Shown one piece after another: positions 37,586 to 50,838 of a DNA stretch of 64,000 bases (position 1 is the stretch's first letter; every line of letters begins with the position of its first letter). This DNA is from Octopus vulgaris (Eukaryota). Under the pieces are notes generated by a model that did no database searches, had not been told where the DNA came from, and worked only from the letters and a program-made list of their open reading frames with translations. The stretch lies in assembly GCA_951406725.2 (NCBI GenBank), contig OX597814.1:213590001-213654000 (forward strand), read 5' to 3'. The position numbers and the translations under genes were made by a program.

Positions 37586-38063
37586 AGAGATATTACGATG
37601 ACTGTTCTCCTTCTAAAAGAATGGAACCCGACTTTAAATAAGATTAAGAACTCGATGCACTCTGAGCATAATAATATTAATAGCGCAGTATGAAATCTGT
37701 TACGCAAAGGGAAATAACTCAGAGTAAAAACTGGTAGTTCTGTTAGTTGTGGTAGACGTTAATGGTGATAATGGGAAATGAAGAGATACTGAGAGAAAGG
37801 GATAGAGAAAGTTACACACAAACTCTATTGGGAGAATTTTTTCCTCCACGACATAATTCCACAGCGAGTGTGTTAATCCCGCAGAAACGTATTAAGAATA
37901 ATATACATATTATTGTTAACCCTCGCTCCTTCATGTGCTTATACCGAATATATATTTGCGTGTGTTTGTGTATGTGTATCACTTATTTTGATTTTAATTC
38001 GCTGTGAAATGTTTTAATGATTTCGTTCCTTAATTAAGATTGTATCGAAGCCTTTGCTGTACA

Positions 38064-38323
38064 CAAGTAATCTCTCGACTATCGCGGGTGTTACGTCTCT
38101 GCGATAGGTGAAAATCCGCCAAGTAGAAAAAGTGTTATACTTTTTATTATTTTTTAATTTTTATATATTTATTTTATTATAAATGCAAAACAGCACCGCG
38201 GAGGAATCGACGTAAGCTTAAATAATTAACCGCGATAGGCGAACCGCGATAGGCGAACCGCGATAGGCGAACCGCGATAAGTGAACCGCGATAAGTGAAC
38301 CGCGATATGGCGAGGGGTAACTG
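38064..38323. mobile_element. Tigger/mariner-type MITE with internal 14 bp tandem repeat
   Basis: Termini AGTAATCTCTCGACTATCGCG / CGCGATATGGCGAGGGGTAACTG-TA; six GAACCGCGATA-RGY-like units at 38228-38307. Confidence 0.7.
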
Positions 38324-38744
38324 TATGTACATTTATCTTCCATTTGGGGCGGGGGTGCATAAAGATAAAATGAGATAAAATAAAATAAAAATAGAATATT
38401 GTCTTGAAATATGCTACCTCTTAAGACTAAACATACACCTTGTCAAGAAATATATACTGCAGAAAAAATAGAATTTGGGTTTCATCTTTCTCAACAAAGT
38501 TCTAATAAACGTAAAAATTCCACTGATACTGGAAGTTTATAGAAAGTTTGTAGTTTATAAATATCTAGAGTTGTTAGTTCGTCATATATTTTACGTGACT
38601 AATGACATCTTGTAATGCTGCTTTCTAACTTTGACACAAAACCACTCCATTTATGTGGGAATTGTAATGTATCTACTTAATCCTGTACTTAGCTGGCTCG
38701 TATCCTGTAAACCCGGAAGGACGGTATACAAAATTACCATGATA

Positions 38745-38965
38745 AAAATTGGCTTCAAATTTTTGCACAAGGCTAGTAATTTGCGGAGATTGGGTAAGTC
38801 GATTACATCGATCCCAGTGTTCAACTAGTACTTATTTTATCGACCCTGAAAGGATGAAAAGCAAAGTCGACTTCGACGAAATTTGAACTCAGAACGTAAA
38901 GAAAGACGAAAAGCCGCTAAGCATTTTGCCCAGCATACTAACGATTCTGTCAGCTCGCCGCCTTA
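38745..38965 (-). mobile_element. SINE family D
   Basis: ..AAAGTCGAC..TTTGAACTCAGAACGTA..CAGCTCGCCGCCTT. Confidence 0.8.
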
Positions 38966-40659
38966 ACCCTAAGAAATATTTGAACTAAATAGCATTTAGA
39001 GTAGAAATTTTAAGGGAAAGGTTGAACTCGGCAGGATTTAGAATTATAGCATAAAGAGATCTCGTGTAATTAAAATAATGGCAAAGAGTTAATCTGATAT
39101 AACTCGATTTGCGCCTCTATGTCTCGATAGCAACTACTTTCAATACTCACAAGACTCCAGTAAAATAGAAGCATATTAATATTCCATAGTTTGAAAGATG
39201 ACGTGAATGTAATAATAGATATATAATAGGTTTCTGTCTACTTTACTTTCATTTAAAAATAAAATTAGAGCTATTTCTTAATCTTTCTGTTATAAGTTTT
39301 TCCAAGACAGTGACGGTTTTGATTTCGGTTATTCATTTTCAATAAACTCTAGATAAGTAATTTTTCAATGATAAGCAATTTTTCCGCTTCAGGCTATTAT
39401 AAATATGGTAAATTTGAAAAACCGGAAAATTGCAGTTTCTTATTTTATAGTTACTTTCTTCTTAAGCAAAATATCGCCAGGGTAACGGACTGACTATATA
39501 AGGTGGTAAAATAGCTTTGTTCAATAACAAGTGAAGGTAGTTTTTTTTTTTTTCACACAGAATACAGACACAGAAATAAAATTATATATTTAAATTACGT
39601 TTATGTCATACATATCCAATAATCCCTGCCCAATAAAAGTAAAACAAAGAAACATCTACAATTTTCCGGAACCCAACTACATACATTCTTTGTTCAGATA
39701 ATAGGCACATACTTGTTAAATTAGCAGCAACACTAATTAGCAGCAACGCGATACTTGGCTTCAAGCGCTCATAGATGTGTACAAGTCACGTTTGTTCTCA
39801 TTGTGGTCACCAATAAAATCTACAGCATTCCGAAACAGGCCTTCCAGCTAGATAAACAAATAGCATAATCATATTTTCATACTATGGCTCATGTGATGTT
39901 CGAACGTCTACCTATTTTCAAATACGCAATCAAAAAACTGCCGAGGGTCATATATAACATGAAGAAACACAGATATATCCGAATGGCTGCTGACGTTTTG
40001 ATCAACCTGTTAATAGGTCACGGGTTCAAGTCTGATACTTTCGTTTCGTTGCGCATCTGAATAGGGCACGTAGGCATATAACTATGCGCATGTCTCACTT
40101 CAGAAAATTATTTGCTACAATGTATGGGAATTATTTTTCTTGGTTTTTATCTATTTTTGAAAAGAAAAATCGAGGCACTTAAGGAAATCATTCTCAAGGA
40201 AACATATACCAGTGCATCAGTATATGGAGCCTTATTCCATGCCGTAATTGATTTAATGCTAAACTAAAAAAATGGTTACAGTTCCCATAATCAATATTGC
40301 GATGCCTGAATGAATATTGTCATAGATCGTCAGCTTGTATTATGTAACTAATAATACCCCGTAACTGTAGTGAATACACTTAACTCTAAACCATTCTATT
40401 TCACCTCGCTATCACAGGGTATTAGGAGGCTGGAACGACTTACTTTGTAGGCATCATCATCATCAGTACAAAGTCGACATTTCGTTAACTGATGATGTTG
40501 GCTCCAATTTGTCAGTGAGAAAAGATTGGTACTGACAATAGTTATTTGACAGTGGAACTTAGCTACAAAAGTTGTAATGCTTCTTCAACTATCTAAGAGG
40601 TTGAGACACACACTATAACATTCAATATGTATTGCATAGTGTTCAAAGATAGTTTTCTT

Positions 40660-40728
40660 GTATGTGTGTATGTATGCGCGCGCGTGTGTATGTGTGCACG
40701 GGCGGGAATGTGTGTGTGTGCGTGTGTG

Positions 40729-40759
<31 letters not shown>

Positions 40760-40809
40760 ATGTATGTGTATGTATGTATGTATGTATGAGTGTGTGTGTG
40801 TATGTCTGT

Positions 40810-40852
<43 letters not shown>
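40660..40852. repeat. (TG)n/(TATG)n compound microsatellite
   Basis: Tandem repeat. Confidence 0.9.
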
Positions 40853-40855
<3 letters not shown>

Positions 40856-41327
40856 GCTATCTTCAGACAACAATATAAAATATAAAGAAATGTACAAAAC
40901 AACAAATTATGCAATATGACTTTTACACTTTCTTGCAGTTACCAAACGGTTCAATCGGGTTATGTATCAGATACTTCTAAGCTTGAAAACATCCGATAAC
41001 AGTAATTATAATTACTTAATTTAATTAGTCATTTTCGTTATTTGACCAAATTAGATATTATGTAGACCAATTTACATTAACTTTAATTGTGAGAATTTCG
41101 AACACTGAGCAATGAGATGTAAACTTTTATATATTGTGAAGCATCTCATAAATTTCTACATCATGCTACAATGATTTTATCACGGAGCATAAACATGTCA
41201 TAAGGAATCAATTTTATGTACTTTTGGAGATTATTCAAAAGTCTTATGACATTCTATATTCTAATGCAAACATGTTCTAGGCTGAGAAATGTGTTATTTT
41301 AAAACTAGTCATAAAATGGTTACCAAA

Positions 41328-41725
41328 CATAGGCGTAGGAGTAGCTGTGTGGTAAGTAGCTTGCTTACCAACCACATGGTGCCGGGTTCAGTCCCACTGC
41401 GTGAGGCCTTGGGCAAGTGCTTTCTACTATTAGCCTCGGGCCGACCAAAGCCTTGCGAGTGGACTTGGTAGACGAAAACTGTAAGACGCCCGTCGTATAT
41501 ATGTATGTATACATGTGTGTGTGTGTGTATGTTTGTGTGTCTGTGTTTGTCCCCCCAACATTGCTTGACAACCGATGCCGGTTGAGTCAAGAAACTTAGC
41601 GGTTCGGCAAAAAAGACCGTTAGAATAAGTACTAGGCTTACAAAGAATAAGTCCTGGGGTCGATTTTCTCGACTAAAGGCTCCAGCATGGCCACAGTCAA
41701 ATGACTGAAGCAAGTAAAAGAGTAA
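41328..41725 (+). mobile_element. tRNA-derived SINE, family A
   Basis: Near-complete copy. Confidence 0.88.
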
Positions 41726-42616
41726 GTATGATAACGTCATTTATCTTCATTTATCGACCAACCTAACTAGGATCTCTCAGTTTATGAGGGTTACAAAAGA
41801 ACTTAACAACAGAAACATTTAGCTCCTCTTTATTTGTACCTTTTTTCCGTTATTTGATTAAATAAATAATAAGCAAATGAATAATATAGTCACAGAACTA
41901 AAATTACATCTGTAAGTCACATTTATGTGATGCCTATTCATTCACACACACCGCACACTCGCAATAGAAAAAAACATCCCGAAACATCAATAATATTCCC
42001 GAACAATGCTAACGTTATCCCTGTAATCTGTCCAGACGAAAGATACATACATATGAAAATATGTACTTTTAGAGATTATTCAAAAGCCTTATGACATTCT
42101 ATATTCTAATGCAAACATGTTCTAGCCTGAGAAAGATGTTATTTTAAAACTAGTCTTAAAATTGTTACCAAGCATAGGCGCATGAGTGGCTGTGTGGTAA
42201 GTAGCTAGTACAACAGTACATTAAACTATATTAGTTGCGACACAATGCTGGAATGCACGCTGTCATATACAAGAAGTATCGCTATTATTTTGATCTTACT
42301 AAGTTCATTTTGTTTGCCTGAGATGTGGTCACCAACAGAACATCCCTATACTGAAATACATAGATAGAATTTTACAATTGAAACTATAGAGCCCCCGAAT
42401 AAAACACCATCATTCATAGGTCTATTTGATCATGATAGATCTGAAGCTCTCGGGTTAAAAATCTCTATTTGATTTGTGTATGAATATTGGTAATACAGTG
42501 ATACCTTGACTTACGAGTTTAATTCGTTCCGTGACGGAGCTCGTAACTCAAATTACTAGTACGTCAAATCAAATTTCCCCTTTAAAATGAATTGAAACGC
42601 CATTAATCTATTCTGG

Positions 42617-43293
42617 ATCGCGAAATTTTTTTTCCCACGAGAGTTCAGAACCCGTTATGAACTCATTTGCATACAACCAGTGAGAGTTCAGCTATCAAAC
42701 TAATTTATGAGCGCATAACAAGTGATGGGTGATAACTTAATGTCACCTGGGTAAGGAATGGCCATGCTTCTTTTCTCTTTTAAGAATGCTTGTTGTTCTT
42801 GTTCTTGTTTCAGCCATGGCTGCCTCTGCGTAGTTATTTGTGTTGCTATTTGTTTTTGTCTTGTTTTATTTTTGTACAAAAGCTCATAAAATTAAAATAA
42901 CTCGTTTTTCGCCGAAGACCACGGGAAAATGCACGTGTGGGACTCGGGGAGCCAAAGATACATTAATACACGGATACGTCTATAATTCGTATCAATGAAT
43001 TAATGTGTATTTTATAAGATCTTCAGGCAGTTTCTGTACTTACATATTCGTCAAAAACATTATCTTTGATTGCTATAGTAATTCAAACTTACCGCTAACC
43101 AGCGTATGTGTTCGATATCGGTGATATTGGCATCTGAATGAGAGCACAATGCAAGATTCGCATTGCAATCGGAGGTCACCATTTTGAATATCGACTTTTT
43201 TTAACTTGACAAGGTCAAGGTGAGCTCCGATTGGCTGTATGCAAATGAGTTCATTACTGGGGTCCGGAACACTCGTGGGAAAAACATTCCGAT
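42617..43293. mobile_element. Non-autonomous TIR element nested in the Tigger end
   Basis: About 70 bp imperfect TIRs (TTTTCCCACGAG..ATGAACTCATTTGCATACA / TGTATGCAAATGAGTTCAT..CTCGTGGGAAAA). Confidence 0.7.
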
Positions 43294-44333
43294 TCCGGGC
43301 CCCGCCAAAATCACCGCAATTCTTTTTCTTTTATGTGTTTTTAAATAAGAAAACTGTACTTATAAATAACGAATATTGTATAAAAAAAAAACAATACAAT
43401 AGAATGTACTGCAATAAACTGATTTTATTAAGTATCATGTACAGCATTTACTTTGGAGATCAGACGACTTGGGGATGCTGACAGAGATGGAGGAGAACGG
43501 CTGAGCTGAAGAACTGAATCTGATTTTTGCCCTTTTCGCCACATTTTCCTCACTTTCATCTGCAGGAGTTTTCGATAGAAACCTGTCCAATAGAGTCTGT
43601 TTCATCCTCACTTTCAGGGTGTTTCTGAAATGAGTCAGGCAAGTGCCATTAAATAGCACCGTCGCACGCCCAGTTGCAACTTTTTTCTGGGTGATTCTTT
43701 CGAATAAAGTCTGAAAAATTTTCCCACATTCTCAACATTTTCTTCATCGCAATTATAGAGATAACCTCCTCTGTCTCATCCGTGCCACCTATTTCTTGCA
43801 AAACCTCTGTGTGCTGCTGCGTCTGTAGCTCCTTTAGCTCTTCCTCTGTCAGTTCCTCAGAGTGCTCCTCGATGAGCTTCTTGATGTTACCTTCATCCAC
43901 ATCCAGGCCCATGGACTTACCGAGGGAGACAATCTCCTCCACCACTGGTGCTTCGGTTTCGAGTCTTTCAAAGACCGTTTCAGACAGAACTTCATGCTAC
44001 AGCTTCTTCCACGCAGAGGCCAAGGTCGTCTTTGTAGCACCCTGCCAGGCCATATCGATAATTCTGAGGCATATCACAATGTTATAGCGGTCCTTCCAGA
44101 ACTCTCGAAAAGTGAGGTTTATGCTCTCCGTCATCTCAAAGCAGCGGCAGAACAGGAGCTTGGTAAAGAGCTCCTTGAAATTAGAAATTTCCTGCCGGTC
44201 CATGGGCTGCAGGAGAGAGGTGGTGTTGGATGGAATGTAGAGAACCTTTACAAGCTTGAACCCTTCGAGGATGTCATCTTCGAGGTTAGATGGGTGAGCA
44301 GGTGCATGTACGAGAAGGGCTTACAGGGGTACA

Positions 44334-44683
44334 CTTTTACTCTTTTATTTGTTTCAGTCATTTGACTGTGGCCATGCTGCAGCACCACCTTTAGTCGAGC
44401 AAATCGACCCCAGGATTTATTCTTTGTAAGCATAATACTTATTCTATGTTGGGGGGATAAACACAGACACAAACATATACACACACGTACATAAATATAT
44501 ATATATATATATATATACACGATGGGCTTCTTTCAGTTTCCGTCTACCAAATCCACTCACAGGGCTTTGGTTAGCCCGACGCTATAGTAGAAGACACTTG
44601 CCCAAGGTTTCACGCAGTGGCACTGTACCCGGAACCATGTGTTTGGTAAGCAAGCTACTTACCACACAGCCACTCCTACGCCT
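44334..44683 (-). mobile_element. SINE family A inside the Tigger transposase
   Basis: Family A sequence interrupting transposase homology. Confidence 0.88.
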
Positions 44684-45245
44684 TAGGATATTTTCTGGAG
44701 ATATTTATGAACGTCAGGACCAAAGACCAAATTCAACATCTTATAAGACTTTAAGGCTCTGGGGTTTTCCTAACGATAAACAAGTAACGGCTTAATTTTT
44801 GACTCACCGCTCACACTGGCGCATAGTGCGAGGGTTAACCTATTTTTCATGGGTTTGTGGACTCGCATCCTCCTCTCCTCATCTGTTATATAAGTTCTCC
44901 TTGACATATTCCATAAAAATCCTGTCTCGTCACAGTTGAAGACTTGCTGGGAGATGTATCCTTCGGCTGCTATAATTCCAGCAAAAGTTTTTGAGTGGTC
45001 ATCAGCTGCCTTCATATCTGCTCTCGCTGCCTCATCATACCTAAAACAGGTGCGAATTCTCGAACCAGCCCCGACTACCTTTAAACAGTTCGCCCGATAC
45101 CTCGTCCGTACAAGTGCCTGGAGTATGCTGCAGTAAATCACTGTAAATAGCTTGTGCATTCTCGCAGATTATAGCCTCCGTCACAGTATCTCCTGCGAGC
45201 TGCTTCTCCGTCAACCACACCATCAGCAGCTTCTCCATATTTTTT

Positions 45246-45660
45246 AAGGCGGCGAACTGGCAGAATTGTTAGCACGTCGGGCGAAATGCGTAGCCGTATT
45301 CCGTTTGCCGTTACGTTCTGAGTTCAAACTCGCCGAGGTCGACTTTGCCTTTCATCCTTTCGGGGTCGATAAATAAAGTACCAGTTACGCACTGGGGTCG
45401 ATGTAATCGACTTAATCCGTTTGTCTGTCCTTGTTTGTCCCCTCTGTGTTTAGCCCCTTGTGGGTAGTAAAGAAATAGGTATTTCGTCTGCCGTTACATT
45501 CTGAGTTCAAATTTCGCCGTACGTCAACTTTTCCTTTCATTCTTTCGGGGTCGATAAATAAAGTACCAGTTACGCACTGGGGTCGATATAATCGACTTAA
45601 TCCGTTTGTCTGTCCTTGTCTGTCCCCTCTGTGTTTAGCCCCTTGTGGGTAGTAAAGATA
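45246..45660 (+). mobile_element. SINE family D with internal tandem duplication, inside Tigger
   Basis: AAGGCGGCGAACTGGCAGAA head; 45295-45478 repeated at 45479-45660; CATATTTTT duplicated at the flanks. Confidence 0.85.
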
Positions 45661-46889
45661 TACATATTTTTATGGATAGATGTCCGGTTTTTAGAAATTA
45701 TTTTGACGCCCTTGACTGGCGTTATAGCCTTTATCAGCTCCTTCTGCTTCAGTGTGGTGCAGATTGCAGAAGTGCTACGCTCGTACTGCTTCGTCATGTC
45801 GACTACACGCACACCTTGACCATGTTTTTCGATAATTTCTTTGTTTATCATCCGCTCGTTCTTCTCACTACTCTCCTTCGCACTCACTTTCTTCGCAACC
45901 ATGGTTGGAAAAACGGAGTTTAGCAAAATAACCGCAGTACAACACTGGTGCTTCTGTAGCCTGCAACGACTAAGTAAGCATTTTAACACCCGTCCAGCCA
46001 ACGATCCACTAACGATCATCGCACTTGCTAACGTATATATCTGTCTATCTATCGAGTGAGATACGGGATGCTGGGTGGATGTTACGGTGTTCAATATGGC
46101 GTTCGCAACGCCAACTAGCGGTGGGGTATCTGGAGCTGGCTCGCAACCTGAATTTTAGCTCGCAACTCAAAGCAAGAGATCGGCCGAGAGACGGCTCGTA
46201 TCTCGATAAACTCGTTAATTGAGACACTCGTATTTCAAGGCACCACTCTATATTGGAAACATATATGTAATATTTTAAAGCCAGACACTAGCTAAGTAAA
46301 ATACTTATACTAAAAGTAAATGTGACTCCTAGATAATAATATATTACAATCATTTTGACAGCTGAAGCTCTCCTCTTATTGAAGCAATTCTATTTCAGCT
46401 AATTCCCAGCTGACCACTGTTCTAGCTAATTCCGTAAATGGAAATTGTATATTTTTGCTCAAGATGTATACAATGCATTGCAAATACTGCAGTAAGAACA
46501 TCATATTAATATGTAAGTGAACTGAAATAATGTATGTTCATAAAATTGTTTCAAGAACTCAAGTCGGCATATCAATAAGAAACAGAAGAAACGAGATTTG
46601 TATTTTCCTCTATGTTTAGAATTCAATCTAGTATGTATCTAAGGAAGATAGCACTGTGTCTTATGTTAACAACGTTCACAAGAACGTGAGTCGAATGCTA
46701 CTTTAATATGGAGGTATTTATATCATATCATGTGCGTGTGTATGTGTGTGCTTGTGTGTATGCGTATGTGCGTTTGTGTGTGTGTGTGTGTGTATTAGCG
46801 TACCTGTGTACCTGTGTGCTTCTGTGTGTGTGTGTGTTGGACCTAAATTGATCACATATCTGCACATCTATGCACAAACTCTCTTTCAC

Positions 46890-47297
46890 TCTTTACTCTT
46901 TCATTTGTTTCAGTCATTTGACTGCGGCCATGCTGGAGCACCGCCTTTAGTCGAGCAAATCGACCCCGGGACTTATTCTTTGTAAGCCCAGTACTTATTC
47001 TATCGGTCACTTTTGCCGAACCGCTAAGTGACGGGGACGTAAACTCACCAGCATCGGTTGTCAAGCAATGCTAGGGGGACAAACACAGACACACAAACAC
47101 TTACACACATACATATATATATATTCATATATACGACAGGCTTCTTTCAGTTTCCGTCTACCAAATCCACTCACAAGGCATTGGTCAGCCCGAGGCTATA
47201 GCAGAAGACAGTTGCCCAAGATGCCACGCAGTGGGATCGAACCCGGAACCATGTGGTTGGTTAGCAAGCTACTTACCACACAGCCACTCCTGCGCCT
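46890..47297 (-). mobile_element. tRNA-derived SINE, family A
   Basis: Complete copy. Confidence 0.92.
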
Positions 47298-47781
47298 GGG
47301 CAAAGTTTCTATTTTTTTGTGGGAGACCAATAGTTGCTGTTGTATATAATCTACCCTCTCCAAGCTACTGATTTTATCCTAGGAAAATATCGCTGCCTCA
47401 TATCCGACGCATCTTGACACGAGTTTCGTCGTCGCAAGCGTTGTAGACAAAATACAAAGAAACGGAAGAGCTGTTGCAAAGCATCTTATCCAACACATTG
47501 GCAATTCAACCAATATCACCGTCCTGAGATGACACACTTTTATCGACCCCGAAAAAACTGAAAGGTAAAGTTAGACTCGATAGTATTTGAATTCAAAGTC
47601 GGAATACGGCCAACCATTCCGTCCAACACGTTACAGGAATGATTCCTAACCCGATCTCCAATAGCCTCTTGGACGTATTATGATCTTACAAAGCGACAGG
47701 TGTCAGGTGACAGGCGACAGAAAGCGTCTAAGAGGCTCTATACATCTTTTTTTGGATGTATAGAGGAATTTTTATTTTATA

Positions 47782-48178
47782 CTAGCAGTATCGCCCGGCG
47801 TTGCTCGGGTTTGTAAGGGAAATAACTATATAAGCATTTTTAGAGATGTAAAGTATAATAGCCATCTCAATATGGCTAACCACAAAGGGGGGGGTGTTAC
47901 TGTAGCTTTTTACGTTCTGAGATTTAATAATAAATTTTTAGAGGGTTACTTCCCTTATATATACCAAAAATGCATTAAAAATGGAAAAAATTGATGGTAA
48001 TTTTTTTTTTAAATCGTAGACTCATCGTAGACGCGCGCTAATACCCAGAAGGGCTCGATATGAATCACGACTATAAGATACCCGGTTTTGGTTAAACTGC
48101 ACCGCAAAATGTGGGAGTAGTTAGGAATCTAAATCGTAGGAGACAGACAGCACACAACCTCACTTTTATATATAAAGA
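47782..48178 (-). mobile_element. Non-autonomous Helitron-like element
   Basis: TC start, CCCGAGCAACGCCGGG hairpin + CTAG end, A|T target; related to the 53131 and 57717 copies. Confidence 0.8.
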
Positions 48179-48189
48179 TATTTTTTTAT

Positions 48190-48640
48190 TTATTTAGTTT
48201 CAGTTCACAAGCTGTGGCCATGCTGGGGCACCGCCATAGTGATCTTTGTTGCAATTATAATATTAAAAACCCACATGCAAAATCTTAATATAATTTTTTA
48301 TTACTAAGTCCAAAATAAGGTGAGAAGCCAATTAGTTTATAAGACTATGAAGGAGCAATTAAGAGGAAAGGAATGCATTTACTTTAAGCTTGAAAGAATT
48401 CAGGTCATAAGAATGGGGATAACAACGAAATGAGAGAAAGTTTCAAAGTCTGGCAGTTTGAGAAAAAATGCTACGAGAGTCGAACCACTTCCTTATTCGT
48501 GGAAGTATAACAGTATTTGAATGAAAATGCTGTGAGTTTCGAGTCAGGAGAGAGAGCACTAAAGTGATCTGGAACTAACGAAGAATATTCATCAGAGCGC
48601 TTCCTATAGTAATAACGATAGAAAACACTAAGACTCAGAT
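48190..48640 (-). mobile_element. L2/Daphne-like LINE 3' end sharing its tail with SINE family A
   Basis: LSVFYRYY..SSLVPD and ILPRI..IFSQTARL*NFL..SYDLNSFKLKVNAFL; tail GGCGGTGCCCCAGCATGGCCACAG..CTGAAAC. Confidence 0.65.
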
Positions 48641-48787
48641 TGTTACTTTTTAATTATTGAATAGATTTTAAAAATAATTTTTCGATGAAAAATTCGTTTA
48701 CATATTCGTGTGATCTTTAAAATTAGTCAAATACTGATGTACGTATGTGTTTATTCTGTTTGCACAAGAAAGCTTATAATGCTATAC

Positions 48788-49202
48788 TCTTTTACTCTTT
48801 TACTCTTTTACTTGTTTCAGTCATTTGACTGCGGCCATGCTGGAGCACCGCCTTTAATCGAGCAACTCGACCCCAGGACTTATTCTTTTGTAAGCCCAGT
48901 ACTTATTCTATCGGTCTCTTTTGCCGAACCGCTAAGTCACGGGGACGTAAATACACTAGTATCGGTTGTCAAGCAATGCTAGGGAGACAAACACAGACAC
49001 ACAAACACACACATGCATATATATATATATATATACATATATACGACGGGCTTCTTTCAGTTTCCGTCTACCAAATCCACTCACAAGGCTTTGGTCAACT
49101 CGAGGCTATAGCAGAAGACACTTGCCCAAGATGCCACGCAGTGGGACTGAACCCGGAACCATGTGGTTGGTTAGCAAGCTACTTACCACACAGCCACTCC
49201 TA
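48788..49202 (-). mobile_element. tRNA-derived SINE, family A
   Basis: Complete copy. Confidence 0.92.
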
Positions 49203-49581
49203 TGTAAAATTTAAATGTTGTTACCTGTTCTAATTTCTTCTATTCATGCTCACTAATAATATAAACGGAAATAGAATTTCTTAAGATATATTTACTCTGT
49301 AATGATTTCCATAAAAATTTAACATGGAAGAAAAGAAAAAAGCAGTCCACGCAAATATCTAAAAGAAGGCAGAGGTTAGGCGGAGTAGCATATAAAAATA
49401 TGTCGCAAAAATCTGTTTCATAAAAGGAAAAGAAATTATTTTTCTTTCTTGTTTGTAAAATACCATTTGATGAAAGAGAGCACTGAACTACAGTAAGATA
49501 AAACAAATTACTTTAACGCCGCTTTAATTAATATTTCATACATTACTCATGTAATAGACACGGATCATTGCATGTGGTAGC

Positions 49582-49616
<35 letters not shown>

Positions 49617-49679
49617 GCGTGATTGCGTATGCAAGTTTGTGTAAATTGTTTTATATATATATATATAACTTGTTTTTAT

Positions 49680-50020
49680 CAAAGGCTGCAGCCATGCTGG
49701 AGCACCACCTTGAAGAATCTTAGTTGCACCAATCGCCCTTAGTACTTGTTCTTTTAAAGCCTGGATATCACTTTTGACCGAACTGCTGTGTTTTCGTCAA
49801 CGTAAACAGCACTTGTTGTCAAGCGGAGAAGGGGAACAAAAACACAGACACGAAGGCACATACCCATAGACATATATACGTATTTAAACCAAATCCACTT
49901 CCAAGCCTTTAGGTCGATCCGGGGCTATAGCAGAAGACACTTTCCCTAGGTTCTATACGATGGGATTTAACACATAAACATATAGTTGGGAAGCAAATTC
50001 CTTACCACACAGCCACGCTC
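49680..50020 (-). mobile_element. Old diverged SINE family A copy
   Basis: GCCATGCTGGAGCACC..GGGCTATAGCAGAAGACAC..TTACCACACAGCCAC. Confidence 0.75.
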
Positions 50021-50119
50021 ACGACGATATATATGTATATATATATATATGGGTTAGAGAGTTGGTGTGTGAAAGCACGTGGTTGGATGCATAAAAAATA
50101 AAAAAAGAGTAAAAACACT

Positions 50120-50316
50120 ACAGCAGGGTTGTGTTATAAGGTTAAAGGATATATTTAAGTCGTTATGTTAGAAAAATGTTAGAAAATTTTGTGCATAGTA
50201 ACATAGTTTTGGGAGAAATACTCCTAAAACTATGTTACTATACACAAAATTTTATAACATTTTTCTAACATAACGACTTAAATATATTCTTTAACCTTAT
50301 AACACAAGCCTTCTGT
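50120..50316. repeat. Inverted repeat (about 96 bp arms, 5 nt spacer) between (TA)n tracts
   Basis: 50120-50215 is the reverse complement of 50221-50316. Confidence 0.9.
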
Positions 50317-50331
50317 GGGTTTTTTTAATTA

Positions 50332-50337
<6 letters not shown>

Positions 50338-50371
<34 letters not shown>

Positions 50372-50428
50372 ATATGTGTGTGTGTGTGTGTGTGTGTATG
50401 TATATATGTATGTATGTATGTATTTATA

Positions 50429-50469
<41 letters not shown>

Positions 50470-50500
50470 GCATACATATACACATATATATACATATATA

Positions 50501-50568
<68 letters not shown>
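50338..50568. repeat. (TA)n/(TG)n compound microsatellite
   Basis: Tandem repeat. Confidence 0.95.
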
Positions 50569-50572
<4 letters not shown>

Positions 50573-50804
50573 ACATTGTTATATTTCATAATGGTAATTT
50601 TTTTTCCACATAAAGACACGCACCATTTGGTAAAAGACAAATAAATGCCATTCCAATATCTGATTCAACGCAGACGATTTCACAGCAGGAATCTTGCAAA
50701 GCAATTACATAAAAGTATATATATATATATATATATATATATACTGATACGCATACATACACACACCCACGCCTATTTGTATATAGTGTAAATAAATGTG
50801 AGTA

Positions 50805-50838
<34 letters not shown>

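Larger units (their letters stand above)
42496..46248 (-). mobile_element. Decayed Tigger/pogo DNA transposon with nested insertions
   Basis: TIRs CAGTGATACCTTGACTTACGAG / CTCGTATTTCAAGGCACCACTC, TA TSD; minus-strand transposase pieces: CENP-B-like HTH (EIIEKH..STICT), EKLLMVW, FKGSRGWF, VFNCDETG, KNRLTLALCA, QPMDRQEISNFK, AWKKL. Confidence 0.9.

Noticed and set aside
38228-38307. Regular short repeats as a CRISPR array
   Set aside because: No unique spacers, eukaryotic context, inside a MITE
40452-40498. CATCATCAG..CTGATGATG hairpin containing CTGATGA
   Set aside because: No GAAA/stem III; a short IR of trinucleotide repeats
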